A DNA stretch of 64,000 bases from Nannocystales bacterium (GCA_050633305.1 JBOEGF010000002.1:185624-249623), one strand, 5' to 3'. Positions 48,354 through 57,663 are shown, numbered from the stretch's first letter. Numbers and translations: made by a program. Notes: generated from the sequence alone by a model not told the origin.

Positions 48354-49244
48354 ATGAGCTACCTGACCCGCATCCAGCACGGCGTCGACTACATCGAGGA
48401 GCACCTCGACGACGACCTCTCGCTCGTCGCGGTCGCGGCGCACGCGGGGCTCAGCCAGTGGCACTTTCAAAGGGTCTTCCGCGCGCTGACCGGGGAAACA
48501 CTCAAGGCCTACATCCGCTCCCGCCGAATGGCCGCGGCGCTCAACCGCCTGTTGTCGACGGACCTGCGGGTCCTCGACATCGCGGTGGCCGCACGCTTCG
48601 AGTCTCAGGAGGCCTTCAGCCGAGCCTTCAAGAAGGCGTTTTCGATGACTCCGACCCAGTATCGAAAGATTGGGCGCAGAAACCTGTTCCCGCGAAAAGT
48701 CCAGTTCAACCGCGAGTATCTCAAGCACATCCACCGCAACGTTTCGCAGACGCCGCGGATGACCAAGCGACCTCGAACGCAACTGGTCGGCATGAAGACC
48801 TCCTTCTACGGGCCAGAATCCGAGAAGAACAACTTCGCGAACAAGGTACCCGCGTTGTGGGCCGAGTTCACGCCTCGGGTCTCCGAGATTTCAGCCGTCG
48901 TGGAAGGCTTGGGCTACGGCGTAGTTCGCACCGCGAGTTCTGGCCCTGATCTGCTCGAGTACATCGCCGCGGTTGAGGTCCGCGAACCTGGAGAGCTGCC
49001 ACCTCAGATGTTCGACCACGAACTCGACGAAGAGACGTACGCCGTCTTCGAGCACCGAGGGGACCCTGACCAACTCGACCTGACAGTCAACTACATCTAT
49101 TCCACCTGGCTGACTCAGTCAGGAAAATGGCATTCGAACGGCGCCGACTTGGAGATCTATGGAAAGGACTACGTGATGGGATCCACGGAGTCCGTCATGC
49201 AATATGCGATTCCCATCGGCGACCTGCCTCCGCCGGTCTCGTAG
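48354..49244 (+). CDS. AraC family regulator with GyrI-like effector domain
   Basis: N-terminal HTH (S.WHFQRVF, F.SQEAFSRAFKK) and C-terminal YAVF.H.G....L..T..YIY..WL. Confidence 0.92.
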   Translation: MSYLTRIQHGVDYIEEHLDDDLSLVAVAAHAGLSQWHFQRVFRALTGETLKAYIRSRRMAAALNRLLSTDLRVLDIAVAARFESQEAFSRAFKKAFSMTPTQYRKIGRRNLFPRKVQFNREYLKHIHRNVSQTPRMTKRPRTQLVGMKTSFYGPESEKNNFANKVPALWAEFTPRVSEISAVVEGLGYGVVRTASSGPDLLEYIAAVEVREPGELPPQMFDHELDEETYAVFEHRGDPDQLDLTVNYIYSTWLTQSGKWHSNGADLEIYGKDYVMGSTESVMQYAIPIGDLPPPVS

Positions 49245-49310
49245 ACATGCGCGGCCGAGTTCGGCGCACAGAATGCACGAGGACGTGGCTCCGTCGGCGT
49301 AGACCAGGCC

Positions 49311-49835
49311 ATGGCAAAAACACACAGCTACGAGGTTTCCATCGTCATCCCGCAACCCGCGGAGAATGTGTGGCAGCTGCTCAGCCGCGACTACGGGCGC
49401 GTTCAGGACTACGCGGACCAGATCATCGCGTCCCGGTACGTCGAGGGACATATCAAGGGCAGCGAAGGCTGCGAACGGATTTGCGACCTCAACAAGAGTG
49501 GCACTCGCTACCTTCGGGAGCAGATGGTCGAGGTGGATGATGAAGGCATGCAGTACACGAACGTCCTCACCGGGGCGACAGGCATCCCTCTGGTCCCGCT
49601 CGTTTCTCGCACCGTCTTCAGCGTCCGGCGCATTGACGCCGCATCCTGCACACTGCGCGCCGCCTCGACCGTGCAAACGCGTCCCGCCTTCTTGGCGCTC
49701 CTTCTCAGAGGATCGTTCCGCAAATCCATGAAGGACTACCTGCTGTCGGTGAGTCATCACCTTCGGACGGGGCAAAGTGTCCACGCTGGACAGATCAAGG
49801 CCATTCGTCGGGCGCATTCGCATCCGGCAGTTTGA
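49311..49835 (+). CDS. SRPBCC (polyketide cyclase 2 / START) family protein
   Basis: I.I..PA..VW, G..R.C.L and L.E.....D.......Y. Confidence 0.8.
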   Translation: MAKTHSYEVSIVIPQPAENVWQLLSRDYGRVQDYADQIIASRYVEGHIKGSEGCERICDLNKSGTRYLREQMVEVDDEGMQYTNVLTGATGIPLVPLVSRTVFSVRRIDAASCTLRAASTVQTRPAFLALLLRGSFRKSMKDYLLSVSHHLRTGQSVHAGQIKAIRRAHSHPAV

Positions 49836-49882
49836 GCCGTCTCGAGCGCCCCGCGTCGCGCCCCGGGGTCACAGCGGACGCG

Positions 49883-51727
49883 CTACTCCACCGTCCAGTC
49901 GACCTGGTGGCGCACCACGAACCACCGACCTCCACCGGAGTCCGCGAACTCCACTGTGTGTACATCGTTCTCGACCAGGACGCCGCAGTTGCCCTCCGGA
50001 TCGTACTCCCCCCACGAGATCGTGTCGCCCGAACACTCGTCGAGCATGTCGTCATACAGCAGCTCGTCGACGTCCTCGTACCGCGTCTCATCCACCGCCT
50101 CGCACGGCTCGACCGTGGTCGCGAGTTCATCCTCCGGGCTGGTCGGGAAGTCGTCCGAGCATGTCTCGACGTGCTGGTATCCCCGGTCCAGGATCATGCG
50201 GCTCGTATCGCGGGACCCGGTCGCGCAAAGCTCGTAGAGCTGTTCACATGCGTCCGCGAATCCGGCCGTTCGCGGCGGCGGAACCGTCCCGCCCAACCGA
50301 GTTTGAGCCGCACGGAGGTCGGCCACGAACTCGCAAGCCTCCCCACCATCGTGCAGCTCCTGCGCCAGCGAGGCCAGATGCTCTCGATGGCCGCCCGCCT
50401 CCAACCACTCGAGCGCTTCCTTTCGGTATGCGCCCGACCCGTTGAGGGCAAGCGCCACGGCGACCTCGGGGACGCGGTGGGAATCCAAGGAAAGCACGAA
50501 CGAGTCTCCCAACGGATGCTCGGCAGGAAGCTGATCGATCGTCTCGAGAAGCGGCGCCTTACAGCGACGAACCTCCTCCGCAGAGGCCTCTTCGATGATC
50601 GCAGCAAGCAGCGCATCGTGTTCGTGCCCAATCGGAACGAACCCGTCCATGGGCACCTCTTCGTACTCGTGGCAGCCGACCGGGATCATGATCGGCTCGC
50701 TGTCCGACAGATCCCGCTCGAGCAGTGCCTCAAGTGCGAACATGCGGGAGGCGCCGGACAGAGGGTTGTCGAGGTCCCCAACATCCACCCCCGAGAACCA
50801 CGCCAGCGCGGTCTCTGCTTCACCGACATCTCGCCACGGCAGCCCCAACGCGCTCGGGGCCCCGTACTCGGGCACATCGCCAGGCAGGAGCGCCAACGTT
50901 CGACCGTCTTGCTGGATCGTCACGACCCGGCCATTCGGATGAGAGACGGTGTCGGCGTCGAGCGGACTGGACAAGATCGCCTGCGCCCTCGCAGCAAGCT
51001 CGAGGGGCTCGAGCGCATCGGTGGTCACGTCCGCGAGGTCCCAGTCCTCCTCGGCGCTGGAGCTCGCCCGAAGAACCCTCTCGCTCTGGGGGAAGTAGAA
51101 CTCGCCTGGCTGAACGGCCACCGCGGGACCGATCTCCAGCGAGTCGGCCTCGTATACTGGAAGCGCCGTCACTGGTTCCCCGACCGCTTCCGCTGAAACA
51201 TGAATCGCGCGGACCTCGGCCTCGCCATACGGTCGAACCAGCGCCCACGCGCCCCGAGGCGTCGTGCCGAACCCGACCGCGAACTCCGAGCCGTTTCCGA
51301 ACCGTTGTTCCCACCGCAGCGCTCCATCTCCCCCATACGAGCGCACCCACAGCGACGCTGGCGACGACGAGCGTCCCAGCACGAACAGGCCGCCGTCCGG
51401 ATCCCACGCAGCCAGCTCTGCCGCGGACCGTCCTTCGGTGGAGCTTTGCACCGACCACACTCGACGACCCGAGTCGTCGAAGCGAGCCACCCACGCCCCA
51501 ATCGCACCGTCCCACGAATCACTCTCCATTCGGCGACCCACGACCACGAAGCCCCCGCGACCGACCGCCAACACGTGACGCGCTTGCTCCCGGCCTGCCG
51601 GTCTGCCGACGGTCGGAGGGCCTGCGTCCGGAACCGCCACCGATGGGGAAACCACGCTGACCGGGGGCACCGCCGGACGGCACGCACAGACCACGGCGGC
51701 AAGTACGAGGTGGGGTCGGAGGGTCAT
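49883..51727 (-). CDS. Hypothetical lipoprotein with N-terminal beta-propeller-like repeats
   Basis: LVLAAVVCAC lipobox; WVARFD.SG...W and WV..Y..DG..RW repeats. Confidence 0.65.
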   Translation of the reverse strand: MTLRPHLVLAAVVCACRPAVPPVSVVSPSVAVPDAGPPTVGRPAGREQARHVLAVGRGGFVVVGRRMESDSWDGAIGAWVARFDDSGRRVWSVQSSTEGRSAAELAAWDPDGGLFVLGRSSSPASLWVRSYGGDGALRWEQRFGNGSEFAVGFGTTPRGAWALVRPYGEAEVRAIHVSAEAVGEPVTALPVYEADSLEIGPAVAVQPGEFYFPQSERVLRASSSAEEDWDLADVTTDALEPLELAARAQAILSSPLDADTVSHPNGRVVTIQQDGRTLALLPGDVPEYGAPSALGLPWRDVGEAETALAWFSGVDVGDLDNPLSGASRMFALEALLERDLSDSEPIMIPVGCHEYEEVPMDGFVPIGHEHDALLAAIIEEASAEEVRRCKAPLLETIDQLPAEHPLGDSFVLSLDSHRVPEVAVALALNGSGAYRKEALEWLEAGGHREHLASLAQELHDGGEACEFVADLRAAQTRLGGTVPPPRTAGFADACEQLYELCATGSRDTSRMILDRGYQHVETCSDDFPTSPEDELATTVEPCEAVDETRYEDVDELLYDDMLDECSGDTISWGEYDPEGNCGVLVENDVHTVEFADSGGGRWFVVRHQVDWTVE

Positions 51728-51920
51728 GATGGTCGCTACGGTCTCGCTGGGCAGAAGCTTCCCGAAGAGTGTCCGACAATACGCGTCCGCCGGGCTACTC
51801 TGCATCCGTGGGTCAGACGCAGCCTGGCCTTTGGCTGCGCCTCGTCGTGCTCGCCGGTTGCACGGAGAAGGAGGACGGCGACGGGGTCATCGACACCGTG
51901 GAGGAATGCGGACGGCTACG

Positions 51921-53198
51921 TCATCGTGTCTCCGGGTAGCCGGATCCAGTGCGTGCCGACGAAGAAGCGTAGCCCGCAGCCCCGGACTCCCGACCAACGG
52001 CGGGCTTGAGAACACCCGCTCGGATCAGCCGCCGCACGAGGACTCGCTTCGATTTTGGCGTGACCGCGCCGGGTAGTTCTCCGACAGAAAACGGGCCCGA
52101 CGCATCAGCGATGAAACGAAGGGCCGAACTGACCTGCCGTGGAGCCCGGATGGTGGCCCCGGGCTCGCTCCCCGGCCACCGCAGAAGAACGTGGTCCCCG
52201 GTCGACTCCAAGGCGCACTGCACCCCCGCACGCTTGATCACCCGCGTCTCATCGTCCACCGTCGTCTCTTGTGCCATCGCGGTGTCGAGCTGGCGATCGG
52301 ACAACGCGACGTCGGCGATCGTGCTTCGTTCATAGAGGGCAGCGAGCGCATCGGGGTCGAGCACGTCTGCACAGCGACGAAGGAGTCGCTCCGCTTGCTC
52401 GGCCCGTCCCTTGGGGTCGAGCGACACGGAGCGACGGAGCTCGGGGTCCGACTGCGCAACCTCGCGCACCGTTTCCGCGAGCAACTCATGCCACTGCAAA
52501 CGATGCACACCGATCGTCAGATGGAGCGACTGCACCCCTTCGGTGCGCACCTCATGCACCGCACCGCGCGGCAAGTAGAGCATGTCCCCGGGCGTGAGCA
52601 GGTGGTCCGCCGTTGCCTCTTGCGTCCCCTTCGACTGCTCATACGTCGTCTCTCGCGGACGCATGGGCAACTGTTCGGCCTGGCCGAAGAGCCTCCAACG
52701 CTTGCGGCCCTCAACCTGCAGGATAAAGACATCCATGTAGTCCCAGTGGCGGCCAAGGCCTTGGGCGTGCTTGGGCGTGAGGTACAGCCCAATGTCCACG
52801 CGCGCGCGAAAGGCCTGTGCCAAGTCCCGGGCCAGGCGCCCCAACGGCCGAAACTGTGTATCGACCGCATACGCAGCCGCGGTGTCTCCGCTCAGGTGTC
52901 GCTCGCGAACCCAGCTCGCGATCGCGCCGTCGCGTTGCCGACGGCCGAAGCCCGGCGTGGCTCGGAACAGAGGGGGGGGGATCCGCTCTCCGTTCCGGAA
53001 GATCCCGTAGCTCTCGGCGTCGCTGAAGAATCCCCGCGCCAGAAGGTCCTCCACGTCGTCGAGGCTGACCAGTCCCGCGAATCGGTCCGCTGCGCCCGCC
53101 GAGTGCAGCGGCTGCTTCTCGAGGTGAGTCTCGACAAACGACTCTACGGAGAGCGGAGCGAGCAATTCTTCAGGGGTTAGCGTGGCGCGAGGAGACAT
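51921..53198 (-). CDS. JmjC / cupin-4 2OG-Fe(II) oxygenase (YcfD/RoxA/NO66-like) with C-terminal winged helix
   Basis: LLAPLS...F......K.PL, LYLTP...QG...HWD..DVFILQ.EG.KRW, L.PGD.LY.PRG..H and SLHLT.G; C-terminal VRRLIRAGVL. Start ATG 53198 or TTG 53234. Confidence 0.92.
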   Translation of the reverse strand: MSPRATLTPEELLAPLSVESFVETHLEKQPLHSAGAADRFAGLVSLDDVEDLLARGFFSDAESYGIFRNGERIPPPLFRATPGFGRRQRDGAIASWVRERHLSGDTAAAYAVDTQFRPLGRLARDLAQAFRARVDIGLYLTPKHAQGLGRHWDYMDVFILQVEGRKRWRLFGQAEQLPMRPRETTYEQSKGTQEATADHLLTPGDMLYLPRGAVHEVRTEGVQSLHLTIGVHRLQWHELLAETVREVAQSDPELRRSVSLDPKGRAEQAERLLRRCADVLDPDALAALYERSTIADVALSDRQLDTAMAQETTVDDETRVIKRAGVQCALESTGDHVLLRWPGSEPGATIRAPRQVSSALRFIADASGPFSVGELPGAVTPKSKRVLVRRLIRAGVLKPAVGRESGAAGYASSSARTGSGYPETR

Positions 53199-53237
53199 TG
53201 GCGGAAGGGCTTCCTTGGGGAACGAGTCAAACAAGTG

Positions 53238-53261
53238 CGTGGCGGTCGCGGGACCGCCACG
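53238..53261 (-). terminator. Perfect 10-bp GC-rich stem-loop between the peptide gene and the JmjC gene (attenuator or mRNA-stabiliser)
   Basis: CGTGGCGGTC-GCGG-GACCGCCACG; no strong U-tract. Confidence 0.65.
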
Positions 53262-53284
53262 ACACGAGAGGAGGGATCCCGCCT

Positions 53285-53482
53285 CTAAATGTGCAGGGGG
53301 TTGCCGTCCCAGTCGTGCACCGACAGAGGACCCGGGAGACGGACTCTGCCCGGAACGATCGGCGTGGTTCCAGCCGAGGCACCGCCTACCGCCGATTCCA
53401 GCATGTCCTCGGTAAGCTCGAAGAGCCCCTGTTCGTTGCTATCGCCACCAGAGGGGGTCGTGTCATTACGTTTCTTCTTCAT
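53285..53482 (-). CDS. Putative RiPP precursor peptide with double-glycine leader
   Basis: 65 aa. Leader ends LFELTEDMLESAVGG (ELxxxxLxxxxGG), followed by the 31-aa core ASAGTTPIVPGRVRLPGPLSVHDWDGNPLHI. Confidence 0.75.
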   Translation of the reverse strand: MKKKRNDTTPSGGDSNEQGLFELTEDMLESAVGGASAGTTPIVPGRVRLPGPLSVHDWDGNPLHI

Positions 53483-53556
53483 CGGTTCTGTAGAGTCACC
53501 ACTCGATCGATTGGATCACGACAAAGCTCAAAAAACGTTGGGATTAGAGAGCCCAG

Positions 53557-53570
53557 CCCCCCCCCCCCCC
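53557..53570. repeat. C14 (G14 on the coding strand) homopolymer tract
   Basis: 14 consecutive C in an AT-richer segment 75 nt upstream of the peptide ATG. Confidence 0.9.
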
Positions 53571-53854
53571 ATTTCGGATAAAAAGGACACAGCCGTCGCC
53601 CAAGGCCCGTTCGCGACACGTACTCGAGTCCGGCCCCCGAACCGAGGTCCCCACGACAATGTGATGGTTTGGGTCGGACCGCCCAATCGTGAAGGAGCAC
53701 GCCGACCGACTCGGCACAGGATTCGAACCCGAGGAGCTGGAGTGCGTGCGAGCACCGTAGCGGACGCGCCCGCGGGGTTCTCCACAGCGGGCGAGACGCA
53801 CGAGCGCCGGGGTGATTCCCTCCCGCCCTGCTCCTCAGCACCAGACGGCGGGAC

Positions 53855-54571
53855 TCAGATCCCGCAGACGAGGAATCTTTTGTTGTCGCAATGCGTGCCT
53901 TGGCACTGCACGCCCTGAATCACGGTACCGACCGGCGCAAGAAACGGACCGCTGTTTTCTTCTGAGAACCACGCACTCAGAATGCACCGGTCCGGGTCGG
54001 TCAGGAACCCGGGCGACGGGCTGCACTCGATGCTGATGTCGTCGCAGTACGACCCCCTGCAGTCGATGCCCGTCATTTTCTGGTCCGCATTGCACACGTG
54101 GCTCGTCTTCACGAACCCAGATGCGATTCCTGGAGGCGGGCCAACCTCGAACCAGTCCGAGAAACCATCGATTGCCGGCGGCACCGAGCCGCCGTAGCCG
54201 TGGCACTCGATGCGGACGTTGTCGCAGTAGTGGCCTGAACAGTCGAAGCCAGTGACGGCCTCATTGACCCCGCACTGCGATGCCCCTGGCGTCTCTTCCG
54301 AGTGAAACGGGAGGAACGAGAACGCTTGAGGATCACCTTTCGCGGTGAATTCCAGCGGGCGCGACCGGTCACCGACCAGTTCTTCCTCGGGCTCGGCGAG
54401 CACCACGTCGAGAAACTCGTCGGGGATTTCGTCGGCAACGGCCTGTGCTTCAGCCTCGATGTCGACGTCATCCTCCGAGTCGCAGCCGACGGGACCGACG
54501 ATGGCGACTGCGAGAGTGAGCGCCGCGAACCGGAGAATGCGTGCGAAAGATGGAAGCTGTGGTTGGGTCAT
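53855..54571 (-). CDS. Lipoprotein with three Cys-rich internal repeats
   Basis: VGPVGC lipobox; three repeats ending C.G.(Y/H)CD(N/D). Confidence 0.75.
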   Translation of the reverse strand: MTQPQLPSFARILRFAALTLAVAIVGPVGCDSEDDVDIEAEAQAVADEIPDEFLDVVLAEPEEELVGDRSRPLEFTAKGDPQAFSFLPFHSEETPGASQCGVNEAVTGFDCSGHYCDNVRIECHGYGGSVPPAIDGFSDWFEVGPPPGIASGFVKTSHVCNADQKMTGIDCRGSYCDDISIECSPSPGFLTDPDRCILSAWFSEENSGPFLAPVGTVIQGVQCQGTHCDNKRFLVCGI

Positions 54572-54793
54572 CGAGGACGTCTGTACCCAACGCAGCCCAA
54601 CTGTTCCCAGGGATCGGGCGGAACCGGTCGTCGGTCGACAGCGGCCCCGACCTGCATCGAGCCCAAGACCCGCGGCAGCTCGGTGCCGAAGCACGAGCCG
54701 CCGGGTGTCATGCGGACCACGCTGTCGGCAGAGAAGAGCGGAGGAGCCGACCGTGCGGGCGGTCCTCGACCCTCGGCTCTCGGCTCGAATGCT

Positions 54794-55960
54794 CTAGGCC
54801 GGCAGTGAGCAGACGCCGACACCCTCGAGACACATGTCGGGCACTTCACCCATCTCGAACCAGGGCACGCACTCCTGCCCCGCGAGACACTCGGAGCCAT
54901 CCCCGTCAACATTGCAGAACGACGAACAGCATCCCGCCGCGCCGGCTGGGCAAGGGACGAGGTCGGGGCTCACACAACCAGCGCCGTCATCACACGCATT
55001 GAGGAATTCGCACGGGTCACCCGGCTCGCCCTGGTCCTCGCCCGAAGCATCCGGAGCACATTGGAAGACGTCGCCGACTCCATAGCAGCCCTGGCCAGCG
55101 CCACACTCGTCTGCCAGGGGGTTGCAGACAGGCAGGCACAGGATGAGCACGCCCTGGTTCGAGATGGAGCACGCCGTTCCAGCCGGGGCGCACGTGGGCG
55201 CCTCGGGGGACCCTTCGCACAGCGCGATGCACGTCCCTTCATTCGTCTCACCATCCACGTCCCAACACATCGCGCCCGCTCCACAGTCGTCGATGCCCGA
55301 GACCCCACTGCCCTCCACGACGCACGTCTCGCCGACGCCCGCCGGGTCGGGGTTGACGGGTACGCAGCGGACCGCGTTCCAGGCACTACCCCCGTCGTTC
55401 GACCACGCCGCGCACTTCTCTCCCTTGTCGCAGTCCTGAGCCCAGATGTCACATTCCTGGGCCATGCCGCCGCCGTCGGGATCGACGATGAAACCGCCGC
55501 CCTGCGGGGGTTCGGCAAGGCCGTTCCCGGCTGCGGAAGATGCCTGGAAGTCCGGGACGGATACCGCGATGTCCGCAAACGTCGGCATGTGATTGTCCGC
55601 GTCCATACGCCAGGCCTCGATCGCGGCCTGGGACATCTCTGGCTGGCACGGTGTCGCGCCCATCGGCTCGCCCGTACTCGAGCTGGATTCGCCTCCCGTC
55701 GTGCTCGAGCTCCCGGTGGTTGTCGCCTCGTCTGTCGTGGAGGAACTTCCACCGGTGGACCCGCTTGTCGTGCTCGTCCCTTCCGTGGTGGTCGTCGTGG
55801 TCGTCAGCGTTTCGCCGGTCGGGTTCGTCTCCGTCGATTCCGAAGTCGAGCCGCTCGAGCCATCCCCGTTCGAACCGCCATTCGAACCGCCATTCGAATC
55901 TCCATCACACCCCGCCGCGCCCAAAAGTGCCACCAACCCAAAACTAAAAACTCGTTTCAT
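54794..55960 (-). CDS. Cys-rich myxobacterial lipoprotein with S/T linker
   Basis: LLGAAGC lipobox; GGGFI..PDGG, CDIWAQDC..GEKC..W.NDGG..WNA..C.P, SG.DDC..G.MCW and CC..FC. Confidence 0.85.
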   Translation of the reverse strand: MKRVFSFGLVALLGAAGCDGDSNGGSNGGSNGDGSSGSTSESTETNPTGETLTTTTTTTEGTSTTSGSTGGSSSTTDEATTTGSSSTTGGESSSSTGEPMGATPCQPEMSQAAIEAWRMDADNHMPTFADIAVSVPDFQASSAAGNGLAEPPQGGGFIVDPDGGGMAQECDIWAQDCDKGEKCAAWSNDGGSAWNAVRCVPVNPDPAGVGETCVVEGSGVSGIDDCGAGAMCWDVDGETNEGTCIALCEGSPEAPTCAPAGTACSISNQGVLILCLPVCNPLADECGAGQGCYGVGDVFQCAPDASGEDQGEPGDPCEFLNACDDGAGCVSPDLVPCPAGAAGCCSSFCNVDGDGSECLAGQECVPWFEMGEVPDMCLEGVGVCSLPA

Positions 55961-56180
55961 ACGGGACAAGTAAAGCGGCATTCGCCCAGCGTGTCAGGTT
56001 CTTCTTTGCTCAATCTTGGAAGGCCGGGCAGCTGGAAATCCGGCGGACTGGCTGGCTCTGACAGACGTCCCGCCCCATCCGGTCGCGACAATGTGCACGT
56101 CACCTGGCCGGCATGCTGTACGTGCCGCCGAACGTTCGGCGTCCGTCGGAGCCATCCGCGAGGTCGAGGGTATCCTGGAC

Positions 56181-56708
56181 CTAGAAAGCTCCGCGAGAGA
56201 CCATCAGCGTCATCGACCCCGAGTCGAGTCGCAGGTTGCTGGAGTTCGGGTCGACCTCCGAGCCGCCAAGGGTGATGCCGACCACACAGTCGTCGGTGAG
56301 GGCGCAGACGCTGAGCGGTGCTGCCACTTCGGCCGGCTTCACCGCCCCGCTGAACTCGATGTTGGGACCGCCACTCCCACCCCAACGGCGATCGGACCAA
56401 GCGCAGCGTCCAGGTGTTAGCAGCTCTCCGCGAGTTCCCGCCCGACTCGCCGAGCCCTTGGCACGCATGTACATGCCGCCCATGGCCCTGCCGAACGCGA
56501 ACGGCGCTCAACAAAATAGGGTGGAACTCGCTCCCAACTCCGGCAGCTTCTTGTTTGTCGGAACCTTGCCCGGCTTCTTCGGAACCCTCCTCGCCGATGG
56601 TCGGTCCGATGCGGGCTTTGCCGCCCAGCTGGCAGAAACGGCGGCGGTTGTCCCGACGAGGGCGAGAAAAGGGATAGCGAGGCGGTGGTACTTGCGGCGA
56701 CGGTCCAT
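56181..56708 (-). pseudogene. Secreted protein gene interrupted by one in-frame TGA (56508-56510)
   Basis: ORFs 56508..56738 and 56181..56483 are in the same frame: signal peptide...TLFC*APFAFGRAMGG...L.PGRCAW.DR. Confidence 0.65.
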
Positions 56709-57199
56709 AGGGGTCGAACGCTTGACGTACGCCGCCATTCGATTCCCTCACGTGGATTCGTTTCCCGGCCGCGGGATCCACGCAGCGAACCCTGGGCTAC
56801 AGGCGGATCAGCTCATTGATGAGTGCGCTGCGCGACCGGGGGCATCACATCGGTGACAGTGACACTCACGGTGACTGCGGCGTTCACCGACTCTGATGGA
56901 GATGTCGAGTTGAACGCAACGCGGAGCAAGACCTGCGACCTGGCCACGAGCTGACCCCCGGGCGCCGGCTTCCCCCCACCGATTGCAAAATGCAAGTCGA
57001 TTGCGTCAAAGATCATTTCGGCGCCTTCGTGCTGGCCTTGTCGGAGGCGCCAAACAACCGGTTCGCGTGGGCGGCCTCGTTCAAGAGGTCGCCCGCACGT
57101 CTTCGCCTCGGAGCACGTTTGACGCCCCACGAACGCCGCCAGCCCGGGTGGTTCAGCGGTGTCTGGGCGGACTCACCCCCGACGAACCGTCGACGCGGG

Positions 57200-57663
57200 T
57201 CAGGGTCGCAAGTCCGTGATCACGACGCAGCGCTCGTCTCCACCGTGAAACGTGGGCCCCTGAGCTTCGACCACGATGCAGACGGACGTACCGATGACAA
57301 GCTCGGCGGCATCGATGTCGAAGACCACCCGGTCCCCGACCCGATCCCAGCCCTCCTCGTTCCAAAGCACGTTGTTCTCGTAGAGCTTGGCAGCGGTCTC
57401 ATCGCTCAGTGACTCGCCCGTCTCGGCGTCGACCGCCTCGTACGTCAACGTCAACCCGTCGGGGTCGACGCCGATCGCTCGCACACGGCGATGTCGACAT
57501 GCCACCCGCCCTGCAGACCCGCGACCAGTTCCAGCCCATCGCCGTTCGCCAGAGACGCCCACTGCACGAGTCCACTTCCCAACTGGAAGGAGGCAGTCAC
57601 CTCGGACTCATCGCCGAGCCTCAACCCCGGTTCTGGCTGGGACTCGCCCGTGTTCCTCGAGCA
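57200..57663 (-). pseudogene. Frameshifted remnant of a secreted myxobacterial protein
   Basis: FQLGSG...L.NGDGLELVAGLQGGWHVDIAV continues as RAIGVDPDG... only after removing 2 nt (GTGTG) at about 57483. No signal peptide or start of its own is evident. Confidence 0.6.

Noticed and set aside
53700..53800. Second tRNA gene
   Set aside because: A T-loop-like motif is present, but no acceptor, D or anticodon arms can be formed; kept only as a structured-element finding.
54794..55960. 'Ribulose phosphate epimerase' label often propagated to this Cys-rich family
   Set aside because: No TIM-barrel epimerase motifs; the sequence is a disulfide-rich lipoprotein.
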